From Mobula hypostoma (taxonomy: Eukaryota): DNA of 64,000 bases. Within the stretch, counting starts at the first letter, position 1. Each line of letters opens with the position of its first letter. The notes below the pieces were generated by a model that saw nothing but the letters and a program-made list of their open reading frames with translations, had not been told where the DNA came from and ran no database searches. Location of the stretch: NCBI RefSeq assembly GCF_963921235.1, contig NC_086097.1:124374001-124438000 (forward strand), given 5' to 3'. The translations under genes were made by a program, and so were the position numbers. Below, one piece after another: positions 12,511 to 25,630 of the stretch.

Positions 12511-15500
12511 GTCATGGCCACAATATACCAGTCCCTAGAGGCAATCCACACCCTCTGTTTGTCCACCTTACCTATCAAGCTATGTGTATTGAAACAGATG
12601 CAATATAAAACAATGGCCACATCTGTACTTGTACTATAAGCTTAGCTATCCAGGTTGCTAGGCTTACACAATTTGGTTGCTGTTTGCACTCCTGTATTCA
12701 CATTCTCTCAAGTCTCACCCCAGTGCAAATTTCCACATTAGGATATTGGTCCCCACCAGTTCAAGGATCATCTTTTCTGGATAATCTGATTTAAATTCAC
12801 ACGACAGCTTTAGCCCTGTAATTTCTTTTCTCTTCAATGCATTCAATTATTTTCTTCTCTCCAATGTTGACCAACCATCTTTAAGTTACCAGAATTATCA
12901 TTTTTTAAATTTACTGATGTGTATTTAATATTTCAGTTACATTTGAATAATATTGTAGATAAATCATTTAATTAAGCCTTCTTTGTTGTTTACATAATTG
13001 ATTACGGGTTATATGTAAAAGTATGTGAATGGCATACGTCATTATGCCACCACATCATATGTCTGTGTTGTTATTGCACCATGTCATACGTGCACGCCTT
13101 GCTAAAAGTAAAATGAAACTAAGACACATTATTCCTGGCTCTATGTTGTTCTTTCAATTAGCTTTATGTTTTGGATTATAAAACATAACAGCGCCGATAA
13201 GGAAGTTTTAAGCAAATCTGAGATGGCTACCTACCTGTTGAAAAGCAGCAGCTGAGTTAAATCAAAAGACAGAAAACAGACAAACTCACGAGTTCATAAA
13301 AAGTGAGTACCAGGTGATAATAATCATAAGTTTAATAAAATAACAGAAATGACTGGCAACAGCAGAAAGATAGACATGTTTGATGCACAGAAGTTGAATG
13401 GATATTGGATACTGAGAGAATTGAGCAGTATTTTGAAGCTAATAAAAAGTGAGTGGCAGTTTTGCTGAGTGGATTGGCTGCAAAAGCATACAGTTTGCTT
13501 AGTAGTTTAACTATTCCAACCAAACCAGCTGGAAAGAACTTTGCTGATATTGCAAAAATAATGTGGGAACATTTACAACAGAAACCACTGTTGACTGCAG
13601 AACGCTTTAGGATTCATAAGTGAAATGAAAAGGAAAAGAAGTCCATTTCAGTGTACATGGCTGAATTGAAGAGATTGTCTGACATTGTCAGTTTGTTAAT
13701 TGTCTTAATGACGCACTGCAAGATCATTTAGTTTGTTGAACTTTACAAGAAAGCATTCAAGAACAGCTTCTTACGGAGGTACAACTCACATTTAAAAGAA
13801 CAGGTGAAATCGCTGTATCAATGGAAACAGCAGTCAGAGATGCAATTACATTCAGGAATGAAAGTGAACAAGAACAAAATTGCAATGTCTAAATGGATTA
13901 GTGCTTGGGAAAACAAATTGTGTTACCATTGTGGCAGGGGCTCACAACACCAGACCAATGTAGGTTTAAAGGCAAAACCTGCAAAAAATGCAACAAAATA
14001 GGACACATACAAAGAGCATGTTGGGCAGACAGAAATAAATGGTCTGCACAGGGAAGAGGCAAAGATAAAAAATCAAGTTGCAGTTTCAAAAGGAGCACTA
14101 ATCTGCATGCTGTTGGTGAAAAAGCTGATCACAATGAAAGTCTTAAAAGACTGGGTAGCCTTGGGATGTGAATTTTACAAGGTAAAAACTAACAAGAGAC
14201 AAGCAATATGGCTTAGATCAGACGTGAACAGCAAATTAATTAAAATGGAATTGGACTGTTTCAGTCATTCCACAATATGAGTTTGTACGGCATTTCAAAG
14301 ATTCTGAACTGAAGCCTGCAGATATCCAACTAAGAATTTATACTGGAGAGAAGGTAACTCCCATGGGAAAGACATATGTAATAGTGAAATACAGCAATCA
14401 ACGAGCCACATTCGGCTTGTATGTGGTAAAAACAGAAGGGACAGCATTGTGGGATTATGAATGGCTGAGACAGCTACAACTTTATTGGAGGTCCATCCAT
14501 CATTTGCATGCCACATCTCCTGTGTCAAATGAAAGCGAATTAAGAAAGGTACCGGATGGCGCCACAGCAGTGATCAAGGACGGCATTGGAAAACTCAAAC
14601 ATATCAAGGGCAAAATAGTGTTAAATGAACATGCCACACCCAAGTTTTGCAAAGCCCATCTGGTTTCTTATACTATCCGTGCTAAAGTAGCCAGTGAGCT
14701 AGATCACATGGAGGCTAAAGGAATTCTTTTGAAGGTTAAATGGAGCCCGTAGGCAACACCAGTGGTCCCAGTAGGCAAGAAGAATGCGTCTGTCAGGATC
14801 TGTGGTGATTTTAAGGTCATCATCAATGCAGTAATGGAAGTAGATCAATACCCTTTGTCCAGGATAGAGGATATCTTTGCAAACCTTTCGAGGGGAAAAG
14901 ACCTTGGCAAAGTGGACTTACCTGAGGCCTACCTACAGATGGAAGTAGAAGAAGAGTCCAATGTGTTTCTGACCATAAACACTCACAAAGGGCTTTATTG
15001 TTTAAGTGGGCTTCTATTGCTGGAATAACATCTGCACCTGCTGTCTGCTAGAAAGCTATAGACTAGATTCTACAGGGCTGCACTGGTACTCAGTGTTACC
15101 TGGATGACATTGTTACTGATAAAGATTACAAGGCAGACAGTGTTTAAAAGTTTAGAAGGTTATGGGCTCAGAGTTCGATACAACAAGTGTAAAATCTTTA
15201 AATCCAGCCTCACTTACTGGGTTTGCACCACTGATGCGCAAGAATTACACAATGTGCTGAGAAAATTCAAGCAGTGGTGGATGCCCCAATGGCAAAGGAT
15301 GTTTGGTTTCAGTTTTAGTCTTATTTAGGATTTGTCAATTACTATAACAGGTTCCTCCCAAACCCGGCTACTATGCTTCACCCCTTCAATGGTTCAATGG
15401 TTCCATTTACTATCAGAGAATGTGTGCAGTATCAAGCTGAAATTCTTACTCTTCACAGACATCCACAAAAACAGAAGAAAACCCTAAAGAAGGAATGACA

Positions 15501-15571
15501 AAAAACATCAGAACTCCAAAAGCCCCCTCCACCCCTCCCATAAACAAGCAGCTGCATAGCATCAGCCCCCC

Positions 15572-16113
15572 GTTCCCCCACTTGTTCCAGCAGAATCCAT
15601 CAACCCCCCCATTCCCCCACTTGTTCCAGCAGAATCCATCAACCTCCCATTCCCCCACTTGTTCCAGCAGAATGTACCAGTCCCCCAATTCCCCCAATTG
15701 TTCCAGTAGAGTGTATCAACCCCCCCATTCCCCCACTTGTTCCAGCAGAATGCATCAACCCCCCATTCCCCCACTTGTTCCAGCAGAATCCATCAACCCC
15801 CCATTCCCCCACTTGTTCCAGCAGATTGTATCAGTCCCCCCATTCCCCCACTTGTTCCAGCAGAATGTACCAGTCCCCCCATTCCCCCACTTGTTCCAGC
15901 AGAATGTATCAACCCCCCCATTCCCCCACTTGTTCCAGCAGAATCTATCAACCCCCCATTCTCCCACTTGTTCCAGCAGACTGTACCAGTCCCCCCATTC
16001 CCCCAATTGTTCCAGCAGAATGTACCAGTCTCCCCATTCCCCCAATTGTTCCAGCAGAATGTATCAACCCCCCCCCATTCCCCCACTTGTTCCAGCAGAA
16101 TGCATCAACCCCC
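15572..16113. repeat. Minisatellite, about 14 copies of a 38-39 bp C-rich unit
   Basis: Unit ATTCCCCCACTTGTTCCAGCAGAATGTATCAACCCCCC repeated in tandem; it explains the overlapping repetitive ORFs. Confidence 0.95.
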
Positions 16114-16362
16114 ACCACCCATGGAGTAAGCAATAGCAAAGCCCCCAAAGAGACCAAGATCTAGGTCCGTCAAAAACTACTGTCCATATTCCGGCACTTT
16201 GACAGGCCTCAGCCCCCCCCCCTCTCTCTCTACAAGGGACAGAGAAGCGTCACCCCTTCCACAGCAAAGGGGGAGACCAACAGATCACCGTTTTAATGTT
16301 ACAGTTCGAAGCTACGCTTATTTGAGCACACCTGACTCGAGAACCAACAGACTAATCCCCGA

Positions 16363-16364
16363 GT

Positions 16365-16408
<44 letters not shown>
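16363..16408. repeat. (GA)n microsatellite
   Basis: Direct observation. Confidence 0.95.
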
Positions 16409-16410
<2 letters not shown>

Positions 16411-17245
16411 GCCCAAGTGCAGAGACCTCCGACATCCACACCCCCTATTTCGATGTTCCGATTTCCCGTGGCGTACCAGTTGGTGACACTGGCGAGGAAT
16501 CAAGTCCACAGGGGTCTGCACAAGACCACACCCCAAAGGCACGTGTCTTCCAGGCCGCTCCTGGAAATAATGAAAACAGTGTGTCGGCAACCTCCAGAAG
16601 CAGGAACCCACTGCCAAGAACCACCATAGTTTGAGTACAGCTGTAGATCATGGACTCCAACAGTACCCCAGCCACCTTCAGCTCATTACTACAGATCAGG
16701 AAGAAATCACAGTGGACAAAGCAGTGTAAGGTGGCTTTCCAAAAGGTAAAAGAAATGGTGACATCAGACACTGTACTCACACATTATGATCCACATTGTC
16801 CAGTGAGGCTTGCCTGTGATGTTTCGCCTTATGAGTGATGGAAGTGACTGTCCCATACCCTTTGCATCATGTTCCCTTAATGCTACAGAGAAAAAAATAC
16901 ACACGTATTGACAGAGAGACCTCTGACGGACCTCGACCATGGTCTTTTTGGGGGCATTACCCTTGCTTGCTTGGTGGGTGGTGGGCACTGATGCGTTATG
17001 CTGGAATTTTGCCATATCCACAGCCTCTCCTCACTACAGTCTGCCTCTGTTTGTAAACCACCTACCTCATCTTCAGCCCTATCACTCTGGCTCCCATTCC
17101 CCTGGGGTGGGTTGATGCTTTGCTGCTGCATGTGCATGGAAGGGGAGGTGGGGAGGAGTTTGGGCTGTGAAACATTTCAACCAGTACTTGTATGGGAGAG
17201 AGCTTACCCTCATTTCTGATCATCAACCACTGGTGTCCATTTCAA

Positions 17246-20200
17246 TGTTGCCTCCCTGGTGCCAGGAACAGGGATGTCTCGGATCTGGTCCATGGCATTC
17301 TCCAGGGCAAGGGTGAGCAGCCAGAAGTCTTGGTACATATTGGCACCGATGACGTGGGTAGACAAGGTGAGCAGGTCCTGAACGGAGATTTTAGGGAGCT
17401 GGGTAGACAGCTGAGAATCTCTGGATTGCCACCTGTGTCACATACCAGTGAGGGTAGGAATAGGATGATTTGGCAGGTGAATGAGTGGCTGAGGAACTAA
17501 TGCAGGGAGTAGATGTTCAGATGTATGGATCATTGGATCTCTTCTGGGGAAGGTATGAACTGTACAAAAGGGATGGGTTATGCTTGAACCAGAGTGGGTC
17601 CAATATCCTGTGGGCAGGTTGGCTAGAATCGTTCAAGAGGGTTTAAACTAATTTGGCAGGGAAATGGGAACCAAAGAGATCAAGCTGACGATGAGGTAGC
17701 TGGTTTACAAACAGAGGCAAAGAGGAGAGGCTGCTGATAGAGCAAAATTACAGGCAACAAGATGAGTTGGAATGTAAAAGGCAGACAAGATCAAAAAGGG
17801 TGAATACTGAAAGTGTTATATTTGAATGCACGAAGTATATGGAATAAGGTAAATGAATTTGTAGCACAGTTACAGATTGGCATGTATAATGTGGGCATCA
17901 CCAAATCATGGCTGAAAGAAGATTATAGCAGGGAGCCTAATGTAGAAGGATACACTTTGTATCAAAATGACAGGCAATAAGGCAGAGAAAGTGGTGTTGC
18001 TCTGTTGGTAAAATATGAAATCAAATCATTAGAAAGAGGTGCCATAGGGTCGGAAGATGTTGAATCATTGTAGACAGAGCTAAAGAACTGCAAGGGGGAA
18101 AAGACCCTGATGGGAGTTGTATACAGACCCCCAAACAGTAGTAAGGATGCTGTCTACAAATTACAATGGGAGATAGAAAATACTTGCCAAAAGAACAATG
18201 TTGCAATAGTCTTGGGGAATTTCAATATGCAGGTAGATTGGGAAAATCAGGTTGGAACTTGATTCCAAGAGGGAGGATTTCTGGAATGCCTATGAGATAG
18301 CTTTTAAGAACAGCTTGTGATCGAGCCCAATAGAGGATCAGCTATTCTGGACTGGGTGTTGTGTATTGAACTAGAATGGATTAGAGACCTTAAGGTAAAA
18401 GAACCTTCAGGGGCAAGTGATCGTAATATGATTGAATTCACCCTGAAATTCGAGGAGGAGAGGCTAAAGTCAGTTGTATCAGTATTACTGTGGAGTAAAG
18501 GGAATTACAGAGGCATGAGAGAGGAGTTGGACAGAATTGATTGGAAAAGAACACGGCAGGGATGACAGCAGAGCAGCAATGGCTGGAATTTCTGGAAGCA
18601 ATTCGGAAGGCACAAGATATATACATCCCAAAAAGGAAGAAAGATTCTAACTATGGCTAACAAGAGAAGTCTAAGCCAACTTAAAAGCCAAAGAGAGGGC
18701 ATATAATAGAGCAAAAAATAGTACAAAATTAGAGGATTGGGAAGCTTTTAAAAACTAACAGAAGACAACTGAAAAGTCATCAAGAAGGTAAAGATGGAAT
18801 ACGAAAGTATGCTAGCCAATAATATTAAAGATTTAATATTAAAATACTAAATGTTTTTTCAGAGACATAAAGTGTAAAAGCAAAAATGGATATTGGACTG
18901 CTGAAAAAAGATGCTGGAGAGATAGTAATGGGGGACAAGGAAATGGCAGACAAACTGAATAAGTATTTTGCATCAGTCCTGACTGTGGAAGTTCCAGATA
19001 TCAGGGTTCATGAAATGTGTTGTTATCAGTACTTGAGAGAAGGTTCTGGAAAACTGTAAAGTCTGAAGCTAGATAAATCACCTGAACCAGATGGTGTACA
19101 CCCCAGAGTTCTGAAAGAGGTGGCTGAAGGGGTTGTAGAGACATTAGTAATGATCTTTCAAGAACCATTAGATTCTGGAATGGTTCAGGAACACTGGAAA
19201 ACTGCAAGTGTCACTCCACTCTTCAAGAAGGGAGAGAGGCAGAAGAAAGGAAACTATAAGCCAGTTAGTCTGACCTCAGTGGTTGGGAAGATGTTGGAGT
19301 TGATTACTAAGGATGATGTTTCAGGGTATTTGGAGGCACATGATAAAATATGTCATAATCAGTATGGTTTCCTCAAGGGAAAACCTTGCCTGACAAATAT
19401 GTTGGAATTCTTTGAAGACGTGAAAAGCGGGAGAGACAAAGGAGAATTGGTTGATGTTTTGGACTTGGATTTTCAGAAGGCCTTTGACAAGGTGCCACAC
19501 ATGACACATGCTGATTCTAGCATGGATAAAGTAGTGACTGATTGGCAGGAGGCAAAGAATGGGAATAAAGGCAGCCTTTTCTGGCTTCCAGTGTCTACTG
19601 CTGTTCTACAGGCATTTGTGTTGGAACCAATTCTTTTTACATTATATGTCAATGATTTGGATGATGGAATTGATGGCCTTTTTACAAAGTTTGCAGATGA
19701 TATGAAGATAGGTTGAGGAGCAGGTGGTTTTGAGGAAATAGAGAGACTACAGAAGGACTTAGACAGATTAGGAGAATGGGCAAAGAAGTGGCAGATGGAA
19801 TACTGTGTCAGAAAATGTATAGTCATGCACTTTGGTAAAAGAAATTGAAGGGCTGACAGTTCTCTAAATGGAGTGAAAATACAAAAAATTGAGGCAAAAG
19901 GGACTTAGGAGTCCTTGTGCAGAATTCCCTAAAGGTTAATTTGCAGGTTGAGTCTGTGGTGAGGAAGGCAAATGTAATGTTAGCATTCATTTCAAGAGGT
20001 CTAGAATGTAAAAATAAGGATGTAATGTTGAGGCTTTATAAAGCACTGGTGAGGCCTCACTTGGAGTATTGTGAGCAGGTTTGTGTCCAAAGAATGTGCT
20101 GAAACTGGAGAAGATTCAAAGGAGATTCACAAAAATTATTCCAGGATTGAAAGGCTTGTCATATGAAGAGTGTTTGATAGCTCTGGGCCTGTATTGACTA

Positions 20201-20522
20201 GGATTCAGAAGAATGTGGGGTGACCTCATTGAAAGCTATCAAACAGTGAAAGGCCTTGATTGAGTGGATGTGGTGAAGGTGTCTCCTATGGTGGGAGAGT
20301 CTAATACCAGAGGACACAGCCTTGGAATGGAGGGCTGTCATTTTAGAACGCAGATGAAGAGGAATTTCTTTAGCCAGCGAGTGGTGAATCTGTGGAATTT
20401 TTTGCCCAAGGCAGCTGTGGAGGCCAAGTCTTTATGTATATTTAAGGCAGTGGTTGATAGATTCTTGATTGGTCACGGCATGAAGGGATAGGGGAGAAAG
20501 CAGGAGAGTGGGGCTGAGAGAA
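17246..20522 (+). mobile_element. CR1 LINE (ORF1 SGNH-esterase remnant plus ORF2 EN/RT) nested in Gypsy
   Basis: CCLPGAR..PEVLVHIGTDDVG (ORF1 esterase), then YLNARS, NYKPVSLTSVVGK, DFQKAFDKVPH and KFADDMKIG, with many stops. Confidence 0.9.
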
Positions 20523-21934
20523 AAACCATTAACAGCAGCAGCACAAATGCAGAGATGGGTCCTGTATCTTGGAGGACACACTTACAAGATTGAATTCAAG
20601 AGGACAACTAATTATGGAAATGCTGATAGATTGTTCTATTTACCTTTGGAAAAGGAAATACCTGGAACATTTACAAAAGAGGACACGCCTTTTGGTAAAT
20701 TCTCACTAATGCTACTCGAAAGGCTCCGTATTTTGGCAGAGATAGAAACCAGAACATTTCCGACACTGCATGGCCACCCAAAATAACTTCAATTTTGCAG
20801 CAGATATTCCAATTGCTCCACCTTTAGCATCACTGGGACAAACTTGCTCTTAATGGAGGTTACCTTATGTGGGCATTGAGAATTGTTGTACCATCAAAGC
20901 TGAGAGTTGAAGTGTTGGGGGACCTAAAGTACATGACAGTCATTTGGACGTGGTCAAAATGAGAACATTGGCTCAAAGCTGTGTCTGGTGGCCTGGGATA
21001 GATCAGCAGATCGAGTGGCTTGCCATGCTCTGTTTGGGATGCTGACACATACAGAAGGTGCCAAGAGATGCTTCTTCATTCCTGCGAATGCCCTGCATTG
21101 CCCTGGCAGAGCGTTAATGTGGATATTACCAGACCATTCATGGGCACAAATTTCTTGGTAGCAATGGATGCAGCTACAAAGTGGCCGGAAGTGTTCCCAG
21201 CAGTCTCCATTACGACCCTGCACACTGTTGATGTGTTGAGAAGCAACTTCTCAAGGACCAGTGTTCCAGAACACATAGTCATTCCTGAAAATGAATGGAA
21301 TACCACATATTACATCTGCACCATACCATCCAGCTACAAATGGTTCGGCTGAAAGTTTTGTCGAGAGTCTAAAGAATGCACTGCAAGCAATGTCAGCAGA
21401 ACACACTGCACCAACACTGAATCAGAAACTCACCCATTTTTTCCATGTGCATCGCAATGCAGCACACTCTCCAGCCAAAAACTCATTAGCTGTCCTGTTC
21501 CTGAGTCATCCCTCGCACTCATCTTGGATCTGCTCAGACCCAGTCTCAGAAGGAGTATGCGGGACAGACAGCTGAGACAAATTGAGGGCTCCTCAAACAA
21601 GGAGGCCGATGTTTCACTTCTCCTGGTGAAGGACTACGGAAATGGTTCTACAACATGAGTGCTTGCATATCCAGATCTGTCAGAACCACTTCCTTCAGTC
21701 CCAGAGTCAACTCCTACAACCACCATGGAGGAGGCCCCCAAATCTGAGATCGTTTCACGTCTCACCAGAGAGTGACCCTTGCCCCCCCCCCACCTGCCCT
21801 TTGTCAGGAAAGGCATTATCTCACAAGAGTAATTAATTCTTTAGGTGTGAATAGGGCAATTTAAAATTTACTATGCTGTGAATATCTATATATTAGTTGC
21901 ATTATATAGAATATAGTATACTGTTTTATTATTC

Positions 21935-22808
21935 ATATATATATCTTCGGTCGTCTATTGAAATCCGATGACGATGTCCACTCCTTTAACGGTGAGATCT
22001 TTGATGTCTATACAGTCCTATCCTGGACCCACAAGCTCTATTGCAGGTGGGACATGTATATGTGGTAGTGGTGGCAACCATGGCTGCATTTCTCCTGGCT
22101 CTCTTCTGCTGTCTTCTGGTTGTTCTTTCTATCTCCAGAATATGAACCCCATCCCTATACAGCTGTCGCCAAGTGGTACGGTCAGCAGCAACTTCCTCCA
22201 GGTCCTTCAGTCTGATCTTGCACTTCCTTAAAGCATTCTTCATCTGATCCTTATAGCGCTTCTTCGGCCCTCCGACTGAGCGTCGACCATGATGTAGCTG
22301 GCCGTATAACACTCTGTGGGGTAGCTGACATCCTCATCACATGCCCCAGCCACGGCAGCTGACGCTGGGTGATCATGGCCTCAATACTCCTGCAGTTGGT
22401 CTTTACAAGTATTTCAGTGTGAGGCACCCACTCATGCCAGGTAATTCCCAGGATGTGCTGGAGCCAGCTTATGTGGAAGCGCTCCAAGAACTTGATGTGA
22501 TGGCTGTAGGTTACCCAAGCTTCACAGCTATAAAGGAGGGTGGTGACACAGACTGCTTGGTATACGGTGACCTTTGTGGAGGGATGAAGGCTCCTGTTCT
22601 GAAAAACTCTACGCGGAAGTCTCCCAAAGGCAGCTGATGCCTGTTTAATGCAGCTCTGGATGTCGTTGTCAATGCCACTATCCTCAGAGAGAATGCTCCC
22701 CAGATATTTGAAAGATGGCACTACTGACAGCTTTTCATCGCCAACAGTGAAGGCAGGTAGAGTAGGTGGGACACTAGTACTCCATTGACAAACCAATTCT
22801 GTCTTGAT
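21935..22808 (-). mobile_element. 5'-truncated RTE-clade LINE nested in the Gypsy 3' region
   Basis: ORFs 22251-22796 (FKYLGSILS..ASAAFGRL..) and 21986-22312 (GGPKKRYKD..CPTCNRACGSRIGLYRHQRSH), with a (TA)n tail. Confidence 0.9.
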
Positions 22809-22844
22809 TTACACACACTGTATACGTTGGGAGGTATTCTATAT

Positions 22845-24021
22845 CAGCGGTCCCCAACCACTGGGCCGCGGACCGGTACCGGGCCATGAGGAAACGATAT
22901 GAGTCAGCTGCACCTTTCCTCATTCCCTGTCACGCCCACTGCTGAGCTTGAACGCACGCGAGATCATTACGCGCGCATCATCCACGTTAGCGCAGGAAGG
23001 AGATCAACTCCTCGAGTTTGCAAATGACGGCGGGCTGAAAAGTATGTTTGACATAACATCTCTGCCGGCATTCTGGATCAAAGTCAAGGCTAAATATCCT
23101 GAGATAGCCACGGAAGCACCGAAAACGTTGCTTCTATTTCCAACATATCTCTGCGATGAATGCAACAAAGACTAAATTGCGGAATAGACTGGACATAAGG
23201 AACCCCCTTCGAGTATCACCCCTCAATAGGACCGTGTTGTTGCAGGGAAACAAGCCCAGGGCTCCCAGTGATTCAGCGATATTGGTGTGTTGCAATGATT
23301 ATATATGTTCATACGAGGAAAAAATGTGCTGTGTGTTTAATATCCAAACGTTACTTAAAATGTTATGATGCTATTGACTTACTTATATCACCATATAACA
23401 ATTACAGCACGGAAACAGGCCATCTCTGCCCTTCTAGACCGTGCCGCGCGTGACTCTCACCTCGTCCCACCGACCTGCACTCAGCCCATAACCCTCCATT
23501 CCTTTCCTGTCCATATAGCTATCCAATTTAACTTTAAATGATGATATCGAACCTGCTTCTGCCACTTCTACTGGAAGTTCGTTCAACACTTACTTCAAGC
23601 TCTCCTGTCCTCCCCTGAAAACTGACATCACTATATTCATGTGAGGAAAATATGCGCTGTGTGTTTAATATTAAATTCGTTAGATAACCCCTTTTAGAAA
23701 CAAAATTGTGTGTATTAGCCACTTATCACCGAGATTCCAGTCGTGATTATCTAACCCCCCCCCCCCCAACCCGCGTGAACAGAATCGCCAAAAACGAATT
23801 GTAAAATAAATTGGCACATGCAAGTCACACATGCGCACTGGTGCCCGCACAAGGCTTCATGGTCATTGCAGTCTTTTCGGGGTAAACGCAACGTATTTGA
23901 CTGCTACTCTTGTCCGTTGGCAACCACCCCTCCCCCCCGCCCCCCACCCTGGTCGGCCGGTCCGCAAGAATATTGTCAATATGAAATCGGTCTGTAGTGT
24001 GAAAAAGGTTGGGGACCCCTG
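22845..24021 (+). mobile_element. Non-autonomous hAT-Charlie DNA transposon
   Basis: TIRs CAGCGGTCCCCAACC / GGTTGGGGACCCCTG and a perfect 8-bp TSD TTCTATAT (22837-22844, 24022-24029). Contains a hATC dimerization remnant SLPAFWIKVKAKYPEIATEAPKTLLLFPTYLC..TKTKLRNRLD. Confidence 0.92.
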
Positions 24022-24604
24022 TTCTATATTAAATTGGAGTTTTTAGCTAAGCAGGGAGAAGCTGTATTTAATATTTCAGTAAGATATATTGTTTGATTAA
24101 GTATTTTGTTGGTTACATAATTTATTACAGTTTATATGTTAAAGTACATGAATTGCAGACATCATTACGTGACCATATTATATGCACTTACCTTGCTAAA
24201 AGTAAAATGAAACTAAGACATGTTATTCCTGGCTCTGTGTTTTTCTTTCAATTAGTTTTATCTTTGGAGTTACAAAACATAACATGTACTATTCCCATGC
24301 ATAGCTTAATTATAAAGTTGCCAATTCTAGTAACTGCAGGATGGTCATATGGTTATTTATATGTTGTTTCTTTATTTCTTATTGTGTAGCATTTTGCATG
24401 TCTTACACTGTACTGCTGCCACAAGACAACAAATTTCATGACATATAGTAGTGATATAAACCTGATTCTGATTTTGATCCATCTAACACCATCATTTAGG
24501 AAAAGGGAAGCATTTTTTCATTTTCAGATTAAACCAATTTGAAACTAAATATTGAATTCAACATTTTCAGGCAACAAGCTTATTTTTCTTTGCTGAATAT
24601 TTTC

Positions 24605-25128
24605 ATGATGCTGCCTGGATTAGAGAGCATGTCCTGTGAGGACACGTTGAGTGAGCCAGGGCTTTTTTCTTTGGAGCGAAGGAGGATGAGAGGTGACTTG
24701 ATAGAGATGTGCAAATTCATAAGGGGTATAGATTGAGTGGGCAGCCAGAAACTTTCTCTCAGGATGGAAATGGCGAATATGAAGGGGGCATAATATGTCA
24801 GAGGAAATTTTTTTTAAATACAGTGTGTGGTGGGTGCATGATAAATCTTGCCAGTGGTGGTGGTAGAGGCTGATACATTAGGGGCATTTCAGAAAGTCTT
24901 AGATAGACACATGGATGACAGAAAAGTGGAAGGCTATGTAGGAGAGAAGGGTTAGGGATTGATCTTGGAGTAGGCAAGAGATGCTTCTCTATTCCTGGGA
25001 ATGTCCTGCATTGCCCTGGCAGACCGTTAATGCGGATATTACCGGACCGTTAATATCCACATATTAAACGTCGGCAGAACATCATGGGCCACAGGGTCTG
25101 TACTGTGCTGTAACGTTCTACGTTCTAT
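24605..25128 (+). mobile_element. CR1/HER1 3' fragment
   Basis: LPGLESMSCEDTLSEPGLFSLERRRMRGDLIE, with a tail ending gttctacgttcta. Confidence 0.8.
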
Positions 25129-25304
25129 TTCAGTTTCAATTCCTTTATTTGTTCCTTTTTCTTCTCTCTCTCTCTCTCTCTCACACTCACTGCAAGTATT
25201 TAATGTGATAGTTATCATGACCACTTTGACCTACACCTGCACCATACCATATCACAAACATTTCCTCTGTTCTCTCCACTTCTCAGCAACTCAACCCATG
25301 CTTA

Positions 25305-25630
25305 AACACCAGAGGTTCTGCAGATGCTGGAAATCCAGAGTAAATCAGAAAAACTCAGCAGGTCAAGCAGTATCTATGGAGAGGAATAAACAATCGATGT
25401 TTCAGGCCAAGATCCTTGTGCTTAATAACCCATGCTTGTTTTCTCACTCTTCCATAATCTACTCTGTTTTTCTCTCCACAGATGCCGCCTGATTTACTTC
25501 CACCATTTTCTGTGCACGTTTCAGATCTACAGCGTCTGTAGTATAACAGACAAAAAACACCGGAGGAATTCAGCAGGTCAGGCAGCATCTATATTGACGT
25601 TTTGGGCCAAGACCCTTCATCAGGGTCCAG
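25305..25630. mobile_element. Cluster of Penelope pLTR fragments in mixed orientations
   Basis: Repeated aactcagcaggtca..gcagcatctat motif and a decayed hammerhead at ~25594-25627 (-). Confidence 0.65.

Larger units (their letters stand above)
15386..16678 (-). mobile_element. Unclassified non-LTR-type element inserted in Gypsy pol, carrying a minisatellite
   Basis: Short-repeat tail (ttcaatggttcaatggttc on +). Related pieces occur in the opposite orientation at ~16925-17170 and ~57670-57855. Gypsy sequence resumes at ~16679. Confidence 0.55.
12915..24284 (+). mobile_element. Gypsy/Ty3 LTR retrotransposon (decayed, both LTRs present, multiply nested)
   Basis: 5' LTR 12915-13190 (TGATGTG...CATAACA), 3' LTR ~24062-24284, PPT gcagggagaag, near-TSD tttac/tgtac. 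Coding remnants: gag knuckles (CYHCGR; CKKCNKIGHIQRAC), RT (VRICGDFKVIIN, DQYPL, YLDD), RNase H (LACDVSPY) and integrase (WQSVNVDI..PF, SAPYHPATNG). Confidence 0.9.

Noticed and set aside
13191..13203. tRNA-Ser(GCT)-type primer binding site
   Set aside because: Too decayed in both Gypsy copies (gcgccgataagga; gtggtgaaga) to call with confidence.
15572..16113. CRISPR-like array, or real Pro/Gln-rich proteins in overlapping ORFs
   Set aside because: The units are contiguous with no unique spacers, there are no cas genes and the context is vertebrate. The ORFs are by-products of a stop-poor minisatellite.
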